Of a stretch of 61,068 nucleotides of DNA, positions 1 through 10,005 are shown piece by piece. The notes under the pieces were generated by a model. It had not been told where the DNA came from. It saw nothing but the letters and a program-made list of their open reading frames with translations, and searched no databases. The translations under genes and the position numbers were made by a program. Position 1 is the first letter of the stretch. The number at the start of each line of letters is the position of its first letter. The stretch lies in IMG/VR virus record IMGVR_UViG_3300017966_000001, positions 1 to 61,068 of that record; one strand, 5' to 3'. Origin of the DNA: a virus. Taxonomy: Duplodnaviria > Caudoviricetes.

Positions 1-123
1 ATTATTCAACTTTCTGAGTTTGGAGAGATTGACGACGATGTCGTGTTTGATTTCGTTTCGCTGTATGCGATGACCGAAAAGGAGCTGAGCCTTATACGTA
101 AGTCCAATGCCGAGAGCGATCAA
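1..123. repeat. Terminal direct repeat (circular assembly overlap), copy 1
   Basis: 1-123 is identical to 60946-61068 and lies inside the portal ORF. Confidence 0.97.
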
Positions 124-231
124 TTGCATGTGCAGCTCGGCGCGGTGAGCCCTGAAGAGGTTCGGCATCGGCTGGCAAATGACCCTGATTCAGGTTGGAA
201 CAATCTAGTCACATCCGAGGGGATTGAATGA
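1..231 (+). CDS. Portal protein, C-terminal part (continues from 59686 across the junction)
   Basis: In frame with the ORF starting at 59686; ends ...SPEEVRHRLANDPDSGWNNL..., typical of DUF1073-type portal C-termini; stop overlaps the next start. Confidence 0.9.
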   Translation: MIQLSEFGEIDDDVVFDFVSLYAMTEKELSLIRKSNAESDQLHVQLGAVSPEEVRHRLANDPDSGWNNLVTSEGIE

Positions 232-1079
232 AACTCAGATCCCCACAAGGGAGGGTGACGCTTGGCTCAATCCGGCCAAGCGCTGCTGTTAGCTCCTGGT
301 ATGATAGTTATTTAAAGAAGCTAATTGTTGAAATGCGGAAGGATGTTGAACAGGCTATCCTGGCGGAATACAGCAAGAACCCGTCCAAATCAAAACTGGA
401 TCATTTGATCAATGGGCTGAACAAAACGTGGGGCAAATTCTTCAATGCCAAAGCGGATGCGCTCGCGAGAGGTCTCGTTGTTCGCTCACTGCGCCACTAC
501 GACCAAGCGTTTAATGCCGAGCTCAAATCTGCAAAGATCCCCTCCAGGCCAATCCCGAAAAAGGAAATTTCTGCATTGGGTATGGATGCTTTGCCGAAAC
601 TAAATGCAATCAAATTCCAAATCACAGATAGATTGCAAGAAACAATCGATCGCGGTGTCCGAGACAACGTTGATTTGATCACGAGCGTCCCCACAGAATA
701 CCTCGATTCAGTTCGATCTCGCGTGCGAGAGGCTGTCGAAAAAGGACGCGATACTGAAGCCCTTGCGCGAGATCTACGTGAGCGATTCGACATAACGGCT
801 CGCCGAGCTAGGACCATCGCAACTGACCAAAACAACAAAATCACGGCTCAGATCAACCAAACTAGGCAACGGGACCTTGGCATCACGCAGGCTGTTTGGA
901 TACACACGGCGGCCAGTTTGAATCCTCGTGAGTCACACGCTGAGTTCAACGGCGAGGTTTACGACGTCGAAGAAGGTGTGGATTTTGATGATGGTTTTGG
1001 TCCAGTCCTGCCTGGTGAAGCAATCAACTGTGGTTGTTTGAGTAGGTCAATAATACCTGGTTACGATGATGAGGAGTGA
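228..1079 (+). CDS. Head morphogenesis protein (MuF / SPP1 gp7 family)
   Basis: [13 protein letters not shown]-x-H...[14 protein letters not shown] motifs; directly after portal. Confidence 0.9.
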   Translation: MKLRSPQGRVTLGSIRPSAAVSSWYDSYLKKLIVEMRKDVEQAILAEYSKNPSKSKLDHLINGLNKTWGKFFNAKADALARGLVVRSLRHYDQAFNAELKSAKIPSRPIPKKEISALGMDALPKLNAIKFQITDRLQETIDRGVRDNVDLITSVPTEYLDSVRSRVREAVEKGRDTEALARDLRERFDITARRARTIATDQNNKITAQINQTRQRDLGITQAVWIHTAASLNPRESHAEFNGEVYDVEEGVDFDDGFGPVLPGEAINCGCLSRSIIPGYDDEE

Positions 1080-2329
1080 GTGAGATGGTCAATCAACTCG
1101 GTCGTTATCTCGACTCCTTGGCGCAGGACAGTGCTAGAACTGTGGACGCGCAGGGGTTCCTGCACGTCGCTATCAGCAATATCTCAAAAGCAACAGTCAA
1201 TCCTTATTATGGGCGAGAGATCCCGAATTACGAGAGTTTCGGACTTGATCCTGATAAAGTTTATCAAGTGCTTCGTCCTGCCGACGAGTTGGAAAAAGCA
1301 GCTACAACGTTTAATAACCTCCCTCTTTTGAACAAGCACATTGGGATTTCAGCATTTGACCTTGAGAACCCTGACGTGCAGCGTCACATCGTGGGTAGCA
1401 CTGGCTCGGAGGCTGTGTTTGACGCACCGTATCTGAAAAACAGCTTGGCAATTTATACGGCGAGCGCCATAGATGGTGTGATCAACGATTACCAACGTGA
1501 ACTATCTTGCGCCTACAGGTATGATTATGATCCGACGCCTGGGGAGTTTGAGGGTAGGTCATATGATGGACGAATGCGCAACATTATCGGGAACCATGTC
1601 GCCCTCGTCCAGGAAGGCCGCGCTGGGCATGACGTGCTAGTGGAAGATGCGGCGCTCATTGGAGCTAAGCTCAAAATCTATAAGGCGTTGAAAATTGCGT
1701 TGGATTACAACCCCTATCACGATGAGCGCGGACGATTTACTGGCGGAGAGGGCGGATCGGGCGCAGATGTCAGCTCTGTCTCCATTGGTAACAAAGCGGC
1801 TGTCGCTAGGATGAGAGACGCCCATGCTGCTAGCGGAAGCAATGTGTTACGTGTCACTGACCACAAAGACATGCATCCATATAGTGGGGTCAAGAGCATT
1901 CGAATTAATCACGAGTTGCGCAACGACCGCACATCGGACCCATTGGTCAAAAAAATGGACAGTGTGTTGAACAGGACATCTTTGCCTGAGGCTATGACGA
2001 CATATCGTGGGATTCCGGAACGTGTGGTTGAAACGACGTTTGGACAAGACGGACCCAGAATCGGTGATGTTTTCGGCGATAAAGGTTACGTGTCAACGAG
2101 CAAGAGCCGCGAGGTAGCTGAGGGGTTTTCGACAAAGTATATCATAGAGATCTCAATACCCAAGGGATCGAAAGGATATGACTATGAGCGGCCAGGGGCT
2201 AAGCCCAGCGACCCTGGGGAAAGAGAAGTGTTACTTCCTAGAGACTCGTCATTCAGGATTACTGGTGTGGAAAAGCAAAGAACGAAATTGAACGATCCAG
2301 TGACCGTCATCAAAGTGGAGAAGTTATGA
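1076..2329 (+). CDS. DUF2213-type head maturation protein fused to a C-terminal ADP-ribosyltransferase domain
   Basis: N-half: [39 protein letters not shown]-half: YRG...GYVSTS...EREVLLPR (R-S-E ART motifs). Confidence 0.85.
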   Translation: MSEMVNQLGRYLDSLAQDSARTVDAQGFLHVAISNISKATVNPYYGREIPNYESFGLDPDKVYQVLRPADELEKAATTFNNLPLLNKHIGISAFDLENPDVQRHIVGSTGSEAVFDAPYLKNSLAIYTASAIDGVINDYQRELSCAYRYDYDPTPGEFEGRSYDGRMRNIIGNHVALVQEGRAGHDVLVEDAALIGAKLKIYKALKIALDYNPYHDERGRFTGGEGGSGADVSSVSIGNKAAVARMRDAHAASGSNVLRVTDHKDMHPYSGVKSIRINHELRNDRTSDPLVKKMDSVLNRTSLPEAMTTYRGIPERVVETTFGQDGPRIGDVFGDKGYVSTSKSREVAEGFSTKYIIEISIPKGSKGYDYERPGAKPSDPGEREVLLPRDSSFRITGVEKQRTKLNDPVTVIKVEKL

Positions 2330-2637
2330 GTGGCAAATACAATTGGGAGCACAACGAAATTGAGCTCGTCAAACGAGGCGGGAAAGGTGCGGCTGACATC
2401 GCCAAAAGAGAGGAGGTGAATCCAGAAGCAGGCAAGGAGAAATACGGCAATGTCGAATTTGCCGATCCAAAGAATAAGAAATACCCACTTGACACAGAAG
2501 CGCATGTTCGGGCGGCTTCTAGCTATTGGGGCATGCCGAAGAACAAAGCTATGTATTCCAAAGCTGACCAAGTGGCGATCACTAAACGAATTGAATCGGC
2601 GAAGAAGAGATTCAAGATTGGCGAATATGCCGAATAG
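2326..2637 (+). CDS. Small basic protein, DUF6582-like
   Basis: [24 protein letters not shown] motif; ATGA overlap with the upstream gene. Confidence 0.65.
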   Translation: MSGKYNWEHNEIELVKRGGKGAADIAKREEVNPEAGKEKYGNVEFADPKNKKYPLDTEAHVRAASSYWGMPKNKAMYSKADQVAITKRIESAKKRFKIGEYAE

Positions 2638-2718
2638 CTTATGCCCACAGTGTTATAACTGCCCTTGAAAAGTAGCGTCTTGATTGGGTACATCGTAAAT
2701 TTACGTGTGGAGGATTGC

Positions 2719-3531
2719 ATGAAAAAACTAAACGTCCAGCAGATCGCGCTGAAAAGCGGATTGCTGGGATATCTTGGCGGCAAGCTAGCAGCCGACTCCG
2801 CGCTCGAATCGGGGGAGATGGCGACCCTGATCGAAGGTGTCACCAGTGAAAATTACCACGGCCTACGAGACGTTTTAGCTTCAACAATCAAGTCTGTCTT
2901 TACTCCCCGTCTCGCCAAAGACTCCAAACTCGACGATCTCGAAGAGCTCCTTGAGGAACTCGAAGAGGAAGGCGAAGAAGGCGAAGAACTCGAAGAAGAG
3001 GACATGGACGCTTACGATTGTGGGCCTCTGGAAAAGGCCTTGATGGATCTGGAGGTTCCCAAGGAAAAGATTGCCGAGCTAATGAAATTGGTTCCAGCTA
3101 AAGCCGACAAGGCGATGGACAAAGCTAAAGATGAAGACATCGATAGTTCCGAAAGTTCCGCTATGGACGAAGACGAACTCTCAAAAAAGGAGAAGAAAGC
3201 AATGCCCGAACCCCTCGATAACAAGCAGGCAATGGATGCCGCCATCCAGGCCAGCAAGTCTGAAATCGCTGCACTTTTCAAGGCTGCTGAAGAAGTTGCC
3301 CCCCTTGTGGGCAAAATCGACGCACTTGCCATGGACTCCGCCGCCTCCATTTACAAACTCGCACTTGATGCAGCTGGCGTGGATGTGACCGGCGTTGATC
3401 CTAGCGCGTTCCGCGCCATGGTCAAGCTCATCGAAACGCAGAAAGCCAGTGCCCCTGCTCAAATCACAGCAGACGCTGCGAGCGTGGACTCCTTTGCTGC
3501 CCGTTACAAGCACATTCCTTCCAAACTTTAA
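2719..3531 (+). CDS. Capsid scaffolding protein
   Basis: GGAGG RBS before ATG 2719; acidic, helical, repeated AMD motifs; lies before decoration and capsid genes. Confidence 0.75.
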   Translation: MKKLNVQQIALKSGLLGYLGGKLAADSALESGEMATLIEGVTSENYHGLRDVLASTIKSVFTPRLAKDSKLDDLEELLEELEEEGEEGEELEEEDMDAYDCGPLEKALMDLEVPKEKIAELMKLVPAKADKAMDKAKDEDIDSSESSAMDEDELSKKEKKAMPEPLDNKQAMDAAIQASKSEIAALFKAAEEVAPLVGKIDALAMDSAASIYKLALDAAGVDVTGVDPSAFRAMVKLIETQKASAPAQITADAASVDSFAARYKHIPSKL

Positions 3532-3543
3532 GGAGATAAAGAC

Positions 3544-4524
3544 ATGGCAGGTTTCCAGAAACAGGCAAATATTTACCTGGCACCTGGCGTGCCGGGGCAG
3601 TTTGCCAGCACAAACCCCTTCAGTGCGATTGTTGCCGGGCCCGGTGGTCTGGTGGCAGGTTTCCTTGGCTGCGTAGTTGGTAAATTCGCATGGATTACAT
3701 ATGCGATTGCCGGTGGCCCGGGTGTTGCTAACAGTTTTGGCGAAGGCGGCGTGGTACCTGACGGTTTCGTTGGCGCCGACATGCAGGCCTTGATCACCGA
3801 TTTCCTCGGTTCAGATTCCATGGTGGTGCCTAGCGGTATCCCCGTGACGCTGTTCGATCGTGGCGATTTCTGGGCACAGAGCTTTGGTGAAGCGGCGATT
3901 GGTCAGAAAGCCTTCGCCAATCTCTTCACTGGCGACGTGCTCGCTGCAGCTTCCGGAGCTTTCCCGACAACCTCTTTCGGTTCCGCAGTTATTGCTGCGG
4001 CCACTTTGGTGGCTGGTTCTTATAGCATGAACGTCACGGCTGTGACTAGCGGCGTGCTGGCTGTTGGTCAGCTGGTCAGTGGTGCCGGCATCGCGCCTGG
4101 GACATTTATCGAGAGTCTCGGTAATGGATCTGGGTCCACCGGAACTTATAACCTCAGTCGCGCTGCTCAGGTTGCTGGAACCGCTGTCGCGATTGCTTGT
4201 GCTGTTCCCGCGGCGGTTGGTGGTGCGGTGGCCACGTGCTCTTGCTCCAGTGCTAGCCCCACGATGACCGTTACCACCTTGACCGCCGGTTCCTCCGTTG
4301 TAGCTGGCATGTTGGTGTCTGGCACGAATGTTCCCGCGGGCACTTACATTGCCGGCATTGTGAGTGGCGGCGGAGGCAATGGCAGCGTGATCACGCTGAG
4401 CGCCAATGCGAGCGATACTATCTCCGGCGCGTCGATCAAGTTCAGCAGCTGGGTTGAAACTCCGTTTGTGATCAAGTCTGCCGGCAATGTGGGTGATGTC
4501 ATCAAAATTGGTGTGAAAAACTAA
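3544..4524 (+). CDS. Capsid decoration/cement protein with two inserted beta-rich repeats
   Basis: N-term APGVPGQFASTNP...RGDFWA...GQKAFA and C-term WVETPFVIKSAG...KIG; immediately upstream of the major capsid gene. Confidence 0.7.
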   Translation: MAGFQKQANIYLAPGVPGQFASTNPFSAIVAGPGGLVAGFLGCVVGKFAWITYAIAGGPGVANSFGEGGVVPDGFVGADMQALITDFLGSDSMVVPSGIPVTLFDRGDFWAQSFGEAAIGQKAFANLFTGDVLAAASGAFPTTSFGSAVIAAATLVAGSYSMNVTAVTSGVLAVGQLVSGAGIAPGTFIESLGNGSGSTGTYNLSRAAQVAGTAVAIACAVPAAVGGAVATCSCSSASPTMTVTTLTAGSSVVAGMLVSGTNVPAGTYIAGIVSGGGGNGSVITLSANASDTISGASIKFSSWVETPFVIKSAGNVGDVIKIGVKN

Positions 4525-4537
4525 AGGAGCTTGAAAC

Positions 4538-5557
4538 ATGGCAAAGATTAACCCCCATATCCCGCTGCTCGCAGAGCACTACGGGATTGTTTTTCCCGGT
4601 GCAACGGACTACCTGCCCCGGTTTGGCATGGACGGCGCTCCCACAAATGCGCTCCAGTCTCCCCTTGTCACCCAGATGAACCAGGGTATTCCCGCGTTTC
4701 TAGTGACAATGATTGATCCCGAGGTGACTCGGATTCTCACCACTCCCCCCAAGGCTGCCGAGATTCTGGGTGAAGCCAAGAAGGGCGATTGGACGACTAA
4801 GGTTGATCTGTTCCCCGTGGTTGAGAGTGTCGGTGAGGTTTCCAGTTACGGCGATTTCAGCACTAATGGTATGGCTAATGCCAATATCAATTGGGTGTCC
4901 AGGCAGAGCTATCATTTTGAAGCCCAGACTCGATGGGGTGATCTCGAATTGGAGAATGCCGGCAAAGGCAAGATCGACCTGGCTGCTGAAAAGAACATTG
5001 CCTGTGCTCACCTGTTCGCCAAGGCCTTGAACAAGAGCTATTTCTTTGGCGTGGATGGTCTGGAAAACTACGGCCTGCTTAATGATCCCAGCCTCAGCCC
5101 CAGTTTGGCACCTACCAAGGCTTGGTCCGGCGCAACCGGCGTTGAGATTGTGGCCGATATCAATCGGCTGTATCAGCAGCTGCAGATCCAGATGCCCGAC
5201 ATGATCGAGCCGGATGCTGAGATGGTGCTGGCACTGTCTCCCAAGATCCTACCCTATCTCAGCGTGCCCATGCAGAATGTTTACGGCACTAGCTCTGTCA
5301 AGGCCTACCTGAAGGATCTGTTCCCCAACATGGAAGTCAAGACTGCAGCTGAATACAGCCTCGCCGCTGGTGAGCTCGTGCAGTTGATTGCCAAAAACGT
5401 GATGGGCCAGCAGACTGGTTTCTGCGCGTTTACTGAAAAGATGCGGGCCCACGCAATTGTCAGGATGAGCTCCTACACCGAACAGAAGAAGTCCGCCGGA
5501 ACCTGGGGTGCCGTCATCAAACAGCCTGGTGCGATCGCCAGCATGATTGGGGTCTAA
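4538..5557 (+). CDS. Major capsid protein (DUF2184-type)
   Basis: KKGDW, SSYGDFS, FFGVDGLENYGLLNDPSL, FTEKMRAH...QKKSAGTWGAVI motifs; AAGGAG RBS. Confidence 0.9.
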   Translation: MAKINPHIPLLAEHYGIVFPGATDYLPRFGMDGAPTNALQSPLVTQMNQGIPAFLVTMIDPEVTRILTTPPKAAEILGEAKKGDWTTKVDLFPVVESVGEVSSYGDFSTNGMANANINWVSRQSYHFEAQTRWGDLELENAGKGKIDLAAEKNIACAHLFAKALNKSYFFGVDGLENYGLLNDPSLSPSLAPTKAWSGATGVEIVADINRLYQQLQIQMPDMIEPDAEMVLALSPKILPYLSVPMQNVYGTSSVKAYLKDLFPNMEVKTAAEYSLAAGELVQLIAKNVMGQQTGFCAFTEKMRAHAIVRMSSYTEQKKSAGTWGAVIKQPGAIASMIGV

Positions 5558-5562
5558 GTTAA

Positions 5563-5916
5563 ATGGCTAACGAAACCGTCATCGTCGGGTGCAAATTGCC
5601 CAACGGCCTGATCCTCCAAGTAGGGGACAAGCGCGTGTGCCTTCGCGGTTCTGCTATTCCCAAACAACCCAATGCAAAAAATGCCGATTCTCGGGAATTT
5701 TTGTATGCCGACTCGATCAGCCTTGTTGACAGGGTTTTTTGGGAGGCATGGGTTGCTCAGGTTGGGACCGATTTCCGTCCACTCAAATCCGGCGCAATTT
5801 ATGCTAGCAATAGCAAAACAGATGCCACTTCGAAGGCCAAAGAGACCGAGCGTCTCAAAACCGGATTTGAAGGCTACCAACCCAGAGTGGATGGATTGCA
5901 GGAAGTTAGTCGTTAA
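5563..5916 (+). CDS. Conserved head-region protein
   Basis: VIVGCKLPNGL N-terminus and KTGFE C-terminus, as seen after capsid genes in this phage type. Confidence 0.65.
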   Translation: MANETVIVGCKLPNGLILQVGDKRVCLRGSAIPKQPNAKNADSREFLYADSISLVDRVFWEAWVAQVGTDFRPLKSGAIYASNSKTDATSKAKETERLKTGFEGYQPRVDGLQEVSR

Positions 5917-5929
5917 TTAGGAGTTGTAA

Positions 5930-6352
5930 ATGGCTGTTGCTGTGTTCAACCTCACGTTGTTTCGGGCTCGTTATCCCGAATTTGCCACGTTGGGTGACGA
6001 CATAGTGACGGCCATTTTCTCTGAGTCTACACTCTATTGCAACAACACTGACAACTCAGTCATTGCTGATGTTAACGTGCGCTTGACGCTGCTCAACATG
6101 ATGACCGCACATTTGTTGGCTATCAACTTCGGCGTGAACGGCCAGGCCCCTAGCTCCCTTGTGGGTAAACTATCCAACGTCAAAGAAGGTTCGGTCTCCG
6201 CAACTGTCGACTATGGGTCTCTGAGCCGTAATCAGCAGTGGTTTTGCCAGACTAAATATGGCGCGGCCTTTTGGCAAGCGTCTTTGCCTTATCGATCCGC
6301 ACTCTATGTGCCTCCCCCGTCTCAGCCCGTTGTTTTCGTACCGAGGGCGTGA
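5930..6352 (+). CDS. Head-tail adaptor (DUF4054-type)
   Basis: FRARYPEF, EGSVS, WFCQTKYGAAFWQ. Confidence 0.85.
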   Translation: MAVAVFNLTLFRARYPEFATLGDDIVTAIFSESTLYCNNTDNSVIADVNVRLTLLNMMTAHLLAINFGVNGQAPSSLVGKLSNVKEGSVSATVDYGSLSRNQQWFCQTKYGAAFWQASLPYRSALYVPPPSQPVVFVPRA

Positions 6353-6861
6353 TGGATATTGCGAGTTTTGGTGGAGGCGATGGTTTAGAACGTCATCTAA
6401 GCGACCTGATCGATAAGCTCGGCGGTGCAACGCAGGTGCACGTCGGCTTTCTTGAGGGCTCTAAAGCCGGTTGGCCAGGTCCTAGGCCTCGCCGAAAGGG
6501 TAAAAAGGTTACAGCCAAGGGCGAGGCTTCCATTGGCAACCAGCAACCTGCTCCAGAAGTGGCATACAATCTAGAGTATGGCACAAAGCACATGCCTCCA
6601 CGACCCTTCTTCCGGAATATGATCGACAGACGATCGCCAACCTGGAGCAAGTTAATTGCAGCTGCGCTAAAGGCACAAAACTACCATTCAGATGCAGCTC
6701 TACAGATGGTTGGGTTGAAGATCAAAGAACAATTACAACAAGAAATACTTGAATTCACAAACCCAGATATCAAACAAGAGACTAAAGATCGGAAGGGATT
6801 CTCGGCGCCATTGATTGACTCTCACAACATGATCAATTCCATAGATTTCAGGATCGATTAA
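6352..6861 (+). CDS. Neck/tail completion protein
   Basis: VGFLEG...EYGT..MPPRPFFR...PLIDS; start taken at ATG 6352 overlapping the upstream stop. Confidence 0.75.
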   Translation: MDIASFGGGDGLERHLSDLIDKLGGATQVHVGFLEGSKAGWPGPRPRRKGKKVTAKGEASIGNQQPAPEVAYNLEYGTKHMPPRPFFRNMIDRRSPTWSKLIAAALKAQNYHSDAALQMVGLKIKEQLQQEILEFTNPDIKQETKDRKGFSAPLIDSHNMINSIDFRID

Positions 6862-7229
6862 TGGACCTGCACGCAATCGTAGCAAACGCAATCTCAGCCG
6901 TCAACCCCCGGATATGTTGCACTTTGCAACGTTCGGTTGGCTACTCAATTGACGAAGCTGGCGTGCAAATCCCGAAGTATGCGGTTTACCATGGCGAGGC
7001 TCAAGTCCAACCTTTGAGCAGCAAAGAGATCCAGCATTTGGAGCAGTTGAACATCAGCGGAATTCTTAAAAAAGCTTATCTCTGCGGAGAGATAAGCGGA
7101 TTGGTGCGCATGGAAGGGCGAGGTGGTGACCTCTTAACCCTGGCTGATGGGACCAAGTGGTTAGTGGTTAGAGTGTTGGAAGCTTGGCCGGATTGGACAG
7201 CAGTTGCCCTGCAACGGCAGGTGAGCTGA
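6861..7229 (+). CDS. Head closure/head-tail joining protein
   Basis: AQVQPLS...GGDLL...WLVVRVLEAWPDW; synteny. Confidence 0.7.
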   Translation: MDLHAIVANAISAVNPRICCTLQRSVGYSIDEAGVQIPKYAVYHGEAQVQPLSSKEIQHLEQLNISGILKKAYLCGEISGLVRMEGRGGDLLTLADGTKWLVVRVLEAWPDWTAVALQRQVS

Positions 7230-7942
7230 TGGCTAAAGTATCAGCTGGTGATCGTCAAGTCTTCGTGGCCATAAAGGCATGGCTTGAAGACACTCTTGAG
7301 TTAGATGTGTCGACACCAGTGATCCAGGGTGATATCAACCGTGTCGCTGAGCCGGTTGGACCGTTTATCCTGATGCGTCGTGTCAAAGAGAATCGATTAA
7401 ATACAACCATTGAAGATTACACGGACACCCGCGCAAGTTTCCAGGGCTCAATTTCCGGAACATTGCTCACAACGTCATCGGTTTCTGGAACGATTGTGGA
7501 AGGGCAAACGGTCTTTGGAGTGGGCGTGCCCACAGGGGTGTTGATCAGCGCCGCCGGAGTTGACGTGAATCACTGGGTGCTGAGCAAAAACTGCGGGGTG
7601 ATTACTACCGAGGTAATGCGTGCCGAGCTAGCCATAGAACGGTTCGAGCGTTCGGTAGAATGCTTGATCCAGCTGGATTTCTACGGAGACGACGCTGGCG
7701 ATTACGCGCAAACTATCGCAGGGGTATTCAGATCATCAGAGGCGGCAGCCTTCCTGGACGAGTATGCTGTTTACCCCCTGTGGGAAGAAGACGCAATCTA
7801 TGCACCGGTCGTCAACGGCGAGGAGCAATACGAGCAAAGATGGACAGTGCGGCTACACTTGCAGTATACTGCTGTGGTGGAAACGGTTGCCGAGTTTATG
7901 GATACGGCGCACATCGATCTGGTAGACGCTGACAAACTGTGA
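7229..7942 (+). CDS. Tail terminator/neck protein with an inserted beta domain
   Basis: IQLDFYG...NGEEQYEQRWTVRLHLQY; immediately before the sheath gene. Confidence 0.7.
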   Translation: MAKVSAGDRQVFVAIKAWLEDTLELDVSTPVIQGDINRVAEPVGPFILMRRVKENRLNTTIEDYTDTRASFQGSISGTLLTTSSVSGTIVEGQTVFGVGVPTGVLISAAGVDVNHWVLSKNCGVITTEVMRAELAIERFERSVECLIQLDFYGDDAGDYAQTIAGVFRSSEAAAFLDEYAVYPLWEEDAIYAPVVNGEEQYEQRWTVRLHLQYTAVVETVAEFMDTAHIDLVDADKL

Positions 7943-7952
7943 AAGGGTCTCA

Positions 7953-9083
7953 ATGAGCACAATCCCTATCAATACAATCATCAACGTTGAGCCAAGCGTC
8001 CTGTCAGCAGGTGGGAATCCAGCTGCTATGGACGCCCTGGTGCTGACTAAAAACGTCGTTCTGACATCCGGCGGGGCTCCGAGTGTTTTCTATGACGCCG
8101 CATCGGTTGCTGTCATTTTCACAGCAGGATCTGACGAGGCAAAGATCGCCGATCAATATTTTGCCGCATTCGACACTGCTACACAGAAACCCAAGAAGCT
8201 GTTGTTCTTTCGACCGGTCACAGTTGCTGGCGCCATGGATGCGGTGACAGCGTTGACCACTGATTTTTTCAGCGTGCTGACAGCATTTGTGGCTACTAGC
8301 CAGGAGATGGAAGATCTGTCGGATTGGTTCGGAACATGCGATGGTAAGTTCGCCTTTATCTGTGCTGATGCGGATGCAACTGCTGCGCAGAATCCTGGCA
8401 CCTTTGCTGGCCTTGGGAAATACCTGGTGACGAATACCATCAGCGGCGTGGCGCTTGTGCGCAACATGCTGGAGGCTGCGTTTGTTGCCGGATCGATTGC
8501 CGCTACCGACTACGCTCGTAAAAATGGCCGTATCACACTGGCGTTTAAATCAGCCAGTAGTTTAGCCGCCAGCGTCAGTGATGCAACCTCTGCCGCAAAT
8601 CTGCTGGCAAACGGTTACAACTACTACGGCGCGTATGCCACTGCCGCCACTCCGTTCAACATTTTTTATAACGGACAGATCTCCGGAGATTCCAAGTGGA
8701 TCGATAGCTACGCCGGGGCGGCCTGGCTTAATAGGTCGCTTGAGTTGGCAATCGCGAGCTTGTTTGTCCAGATGAATGCTGTCCCATATACTAACTATGG
8801 ATATTCGCTCATCAAGGCGGCCTGCCAGGACTCCATTGACGCAGCACTTAACGCTGGGGTGATCGTGCCTGGTGTGATATTGAGCAATGCCCAGAAGGCA
8901 GAGATTAATGCAATGGCCGGCCTGCCTATTGACAGCCAAGTCCAACGTAAGGGCTATTACTTGCAGATCCTCGATCCTGGTGTAGCAGTTCGTGCGCTGC
9001 GTGGTTCACCAGTGTGCACACTGTGGTATGCCGACGGCGGCTCTGTCCAGAAACTCACGCTTGCTTCAATTTCGATTCAGTAA
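7953..9083 (+). CDS. Tail sheath protein (DUF3383-type)
   Basis: NVEPSVLSAGG, NGRITLAFKS, NGYNYYGAYATA, WYADGGSVQKL. Confidence 0.9.
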   Translation: MSTIPINTIINVEPSVLSAGGNPAAMDALVLTKNVVLTSGGAPSVFYDAASVAVIFTAGSDEAKIADQYFAAFDTATQKPKKLLFFRPVTVAGAMDAVTALTTDFFSVLTAFVATSQEMEDLSDWFGTCDGKFAFICADADATAAQNPGTFAGLGKYLVTNTISGVALVRNMLEAAFVAGSIAATDYARKNGRITLAFKSASSLAASVSDATSAANLLANGYNYYGAYATAATPFNIFYNGQISGDSKWIDSYAGAAWLNRSLELAIASLFVQMNAVPYTNYGYSLIKAACQDSIDAALNAGVIVPGVILSNAQKAEINAMAGLPIDSQVQRKGYYLQILDPGVAVRALRGSPVCTLWYADGGSVQKLTLASISIQ

Positions 9084-9093
9084 GGAGAGTTAA

Positions 9094-9534
9094 ATGGCTC
9101 GTTCAATTACCTCGACAGACGCCGTATTCACACTCACAATCCCTGGGCTTTACGATGTGCCACAGGTGATCCAGGGTTACGCAACCGATGAAATGTTCGA
9201 TCTCGATGCAATCGCAAAAGTCGAAACTCAATTCGGCATTGACGGAAAGCTGAGTCAAGGCTACGTGCGACACCCGCGCAAGATGAAGATCAAGGTGGCC
9301 GCTGACAGCGCAAGCCAGCAGGTTTTCGACGACTGGGCGGCTGCCATGGATCTTACGCTGGCGGCTATCCCCTGCCAGGGCTTCATCGTGATGCTGTCGA
9401 ATGGCACGGAATACAGCCTCAAAAATGGCGCCCTCACTAGCTATCGTGATATGCCCGACGCGAAGAAGGTGTTGCAGCCACAGCAATACGAGATTACGTG
9501 GGAGAGCGTTGTTAAGTCGCAGAATGCCGCTTAA
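9094..9534 (+). CDS. Tail tube protein
   Basis: Follows sheath; IQGYATD...GIDGKLSQGYV...PDAKKVLQP. Confidence 0.8.
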   Translation: MARSITSTDAVFTLTIPGLYDVPQVIQGYATDEMFDLDAIAKVETQFGIDGKLSQGYVRHPRKMKIKVAADSASQQVFDDWAAAMDLTLAAIPCQGFIVMLSNGTEYSLKNGALTSYRDMPDAKKVLQPQQYEITWESVVKSQNAA

Positions 9535-9546
9535 TAAGGAGCAACG

Positions 9547-10005
9547 GTGAGAAAAACTAAACTTGTCACGATCGAAGCCTCAAACCGGGATCAGGGAAAA
9601 ACTTACCTTCTCACGGAGATGGCCGCGTCGCAAGCCGAGAAGTGGGCGGCCAGGGCGTTTCTCGCCCTGGCTAAATCGGGCATTGAGATCCCCGACGAAG
9701 CTGCCAACGCTGGCATGGCTGGAATTGCAACGGCTGGCCTCCAAGCTCTGGGTGGAATTCAATGGGAATTGGCAGAGCCTCTTCTCGATGAGATGTTCAA
9801 ATGCGTCAAAATCAAGATGCCTCTCGCCACTCGCGAGTTAATTGAGGATGACATTGAAGAGGTGTCAACGCGGCTGTTTCTGCGTAAAGAGCTCTTGGAA
9901 TTGCATTTGGGTTTTTCGCTGACCGAGAGCCGCTCGGAATCGGCTCCGGTTTCGGAGATTCCAATGCAGACCTCGCCGATTACAAAAATGTTTCCCGCCT
10001 CATAG
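9547..10005 (+). CDS. Tail assembly chaperone (G)
   Basis: RDQGKTYLLTEM-x-A-x-QAEKWA; lies between tube and tape measure genes. Confidence 0.85.
   Translation: MRKTKLVTIEASNRDQGKTYLLTEMAASQAEKWAARAFLALAKSGIEIPDEAANAGMAGIATAGLQALGGIQWELAEPLLDEMFKCVKIKMPLATRELIEDDIEEVSTRLFLRKELLELHLGFSLTESRSESAPVSEIPMQTSPITKMFPAS

Noticed and set aside
1-123. Biological terminal repeat or att site
   Set aside because: It falls mid-portal and is an exact short overlap typical of circular contig assembly
3811-4539. 242-aa reverse-strand ORF and similar shadows across the structural block
   Set aside because: Antisense to well-supported genes; explained by codon bias
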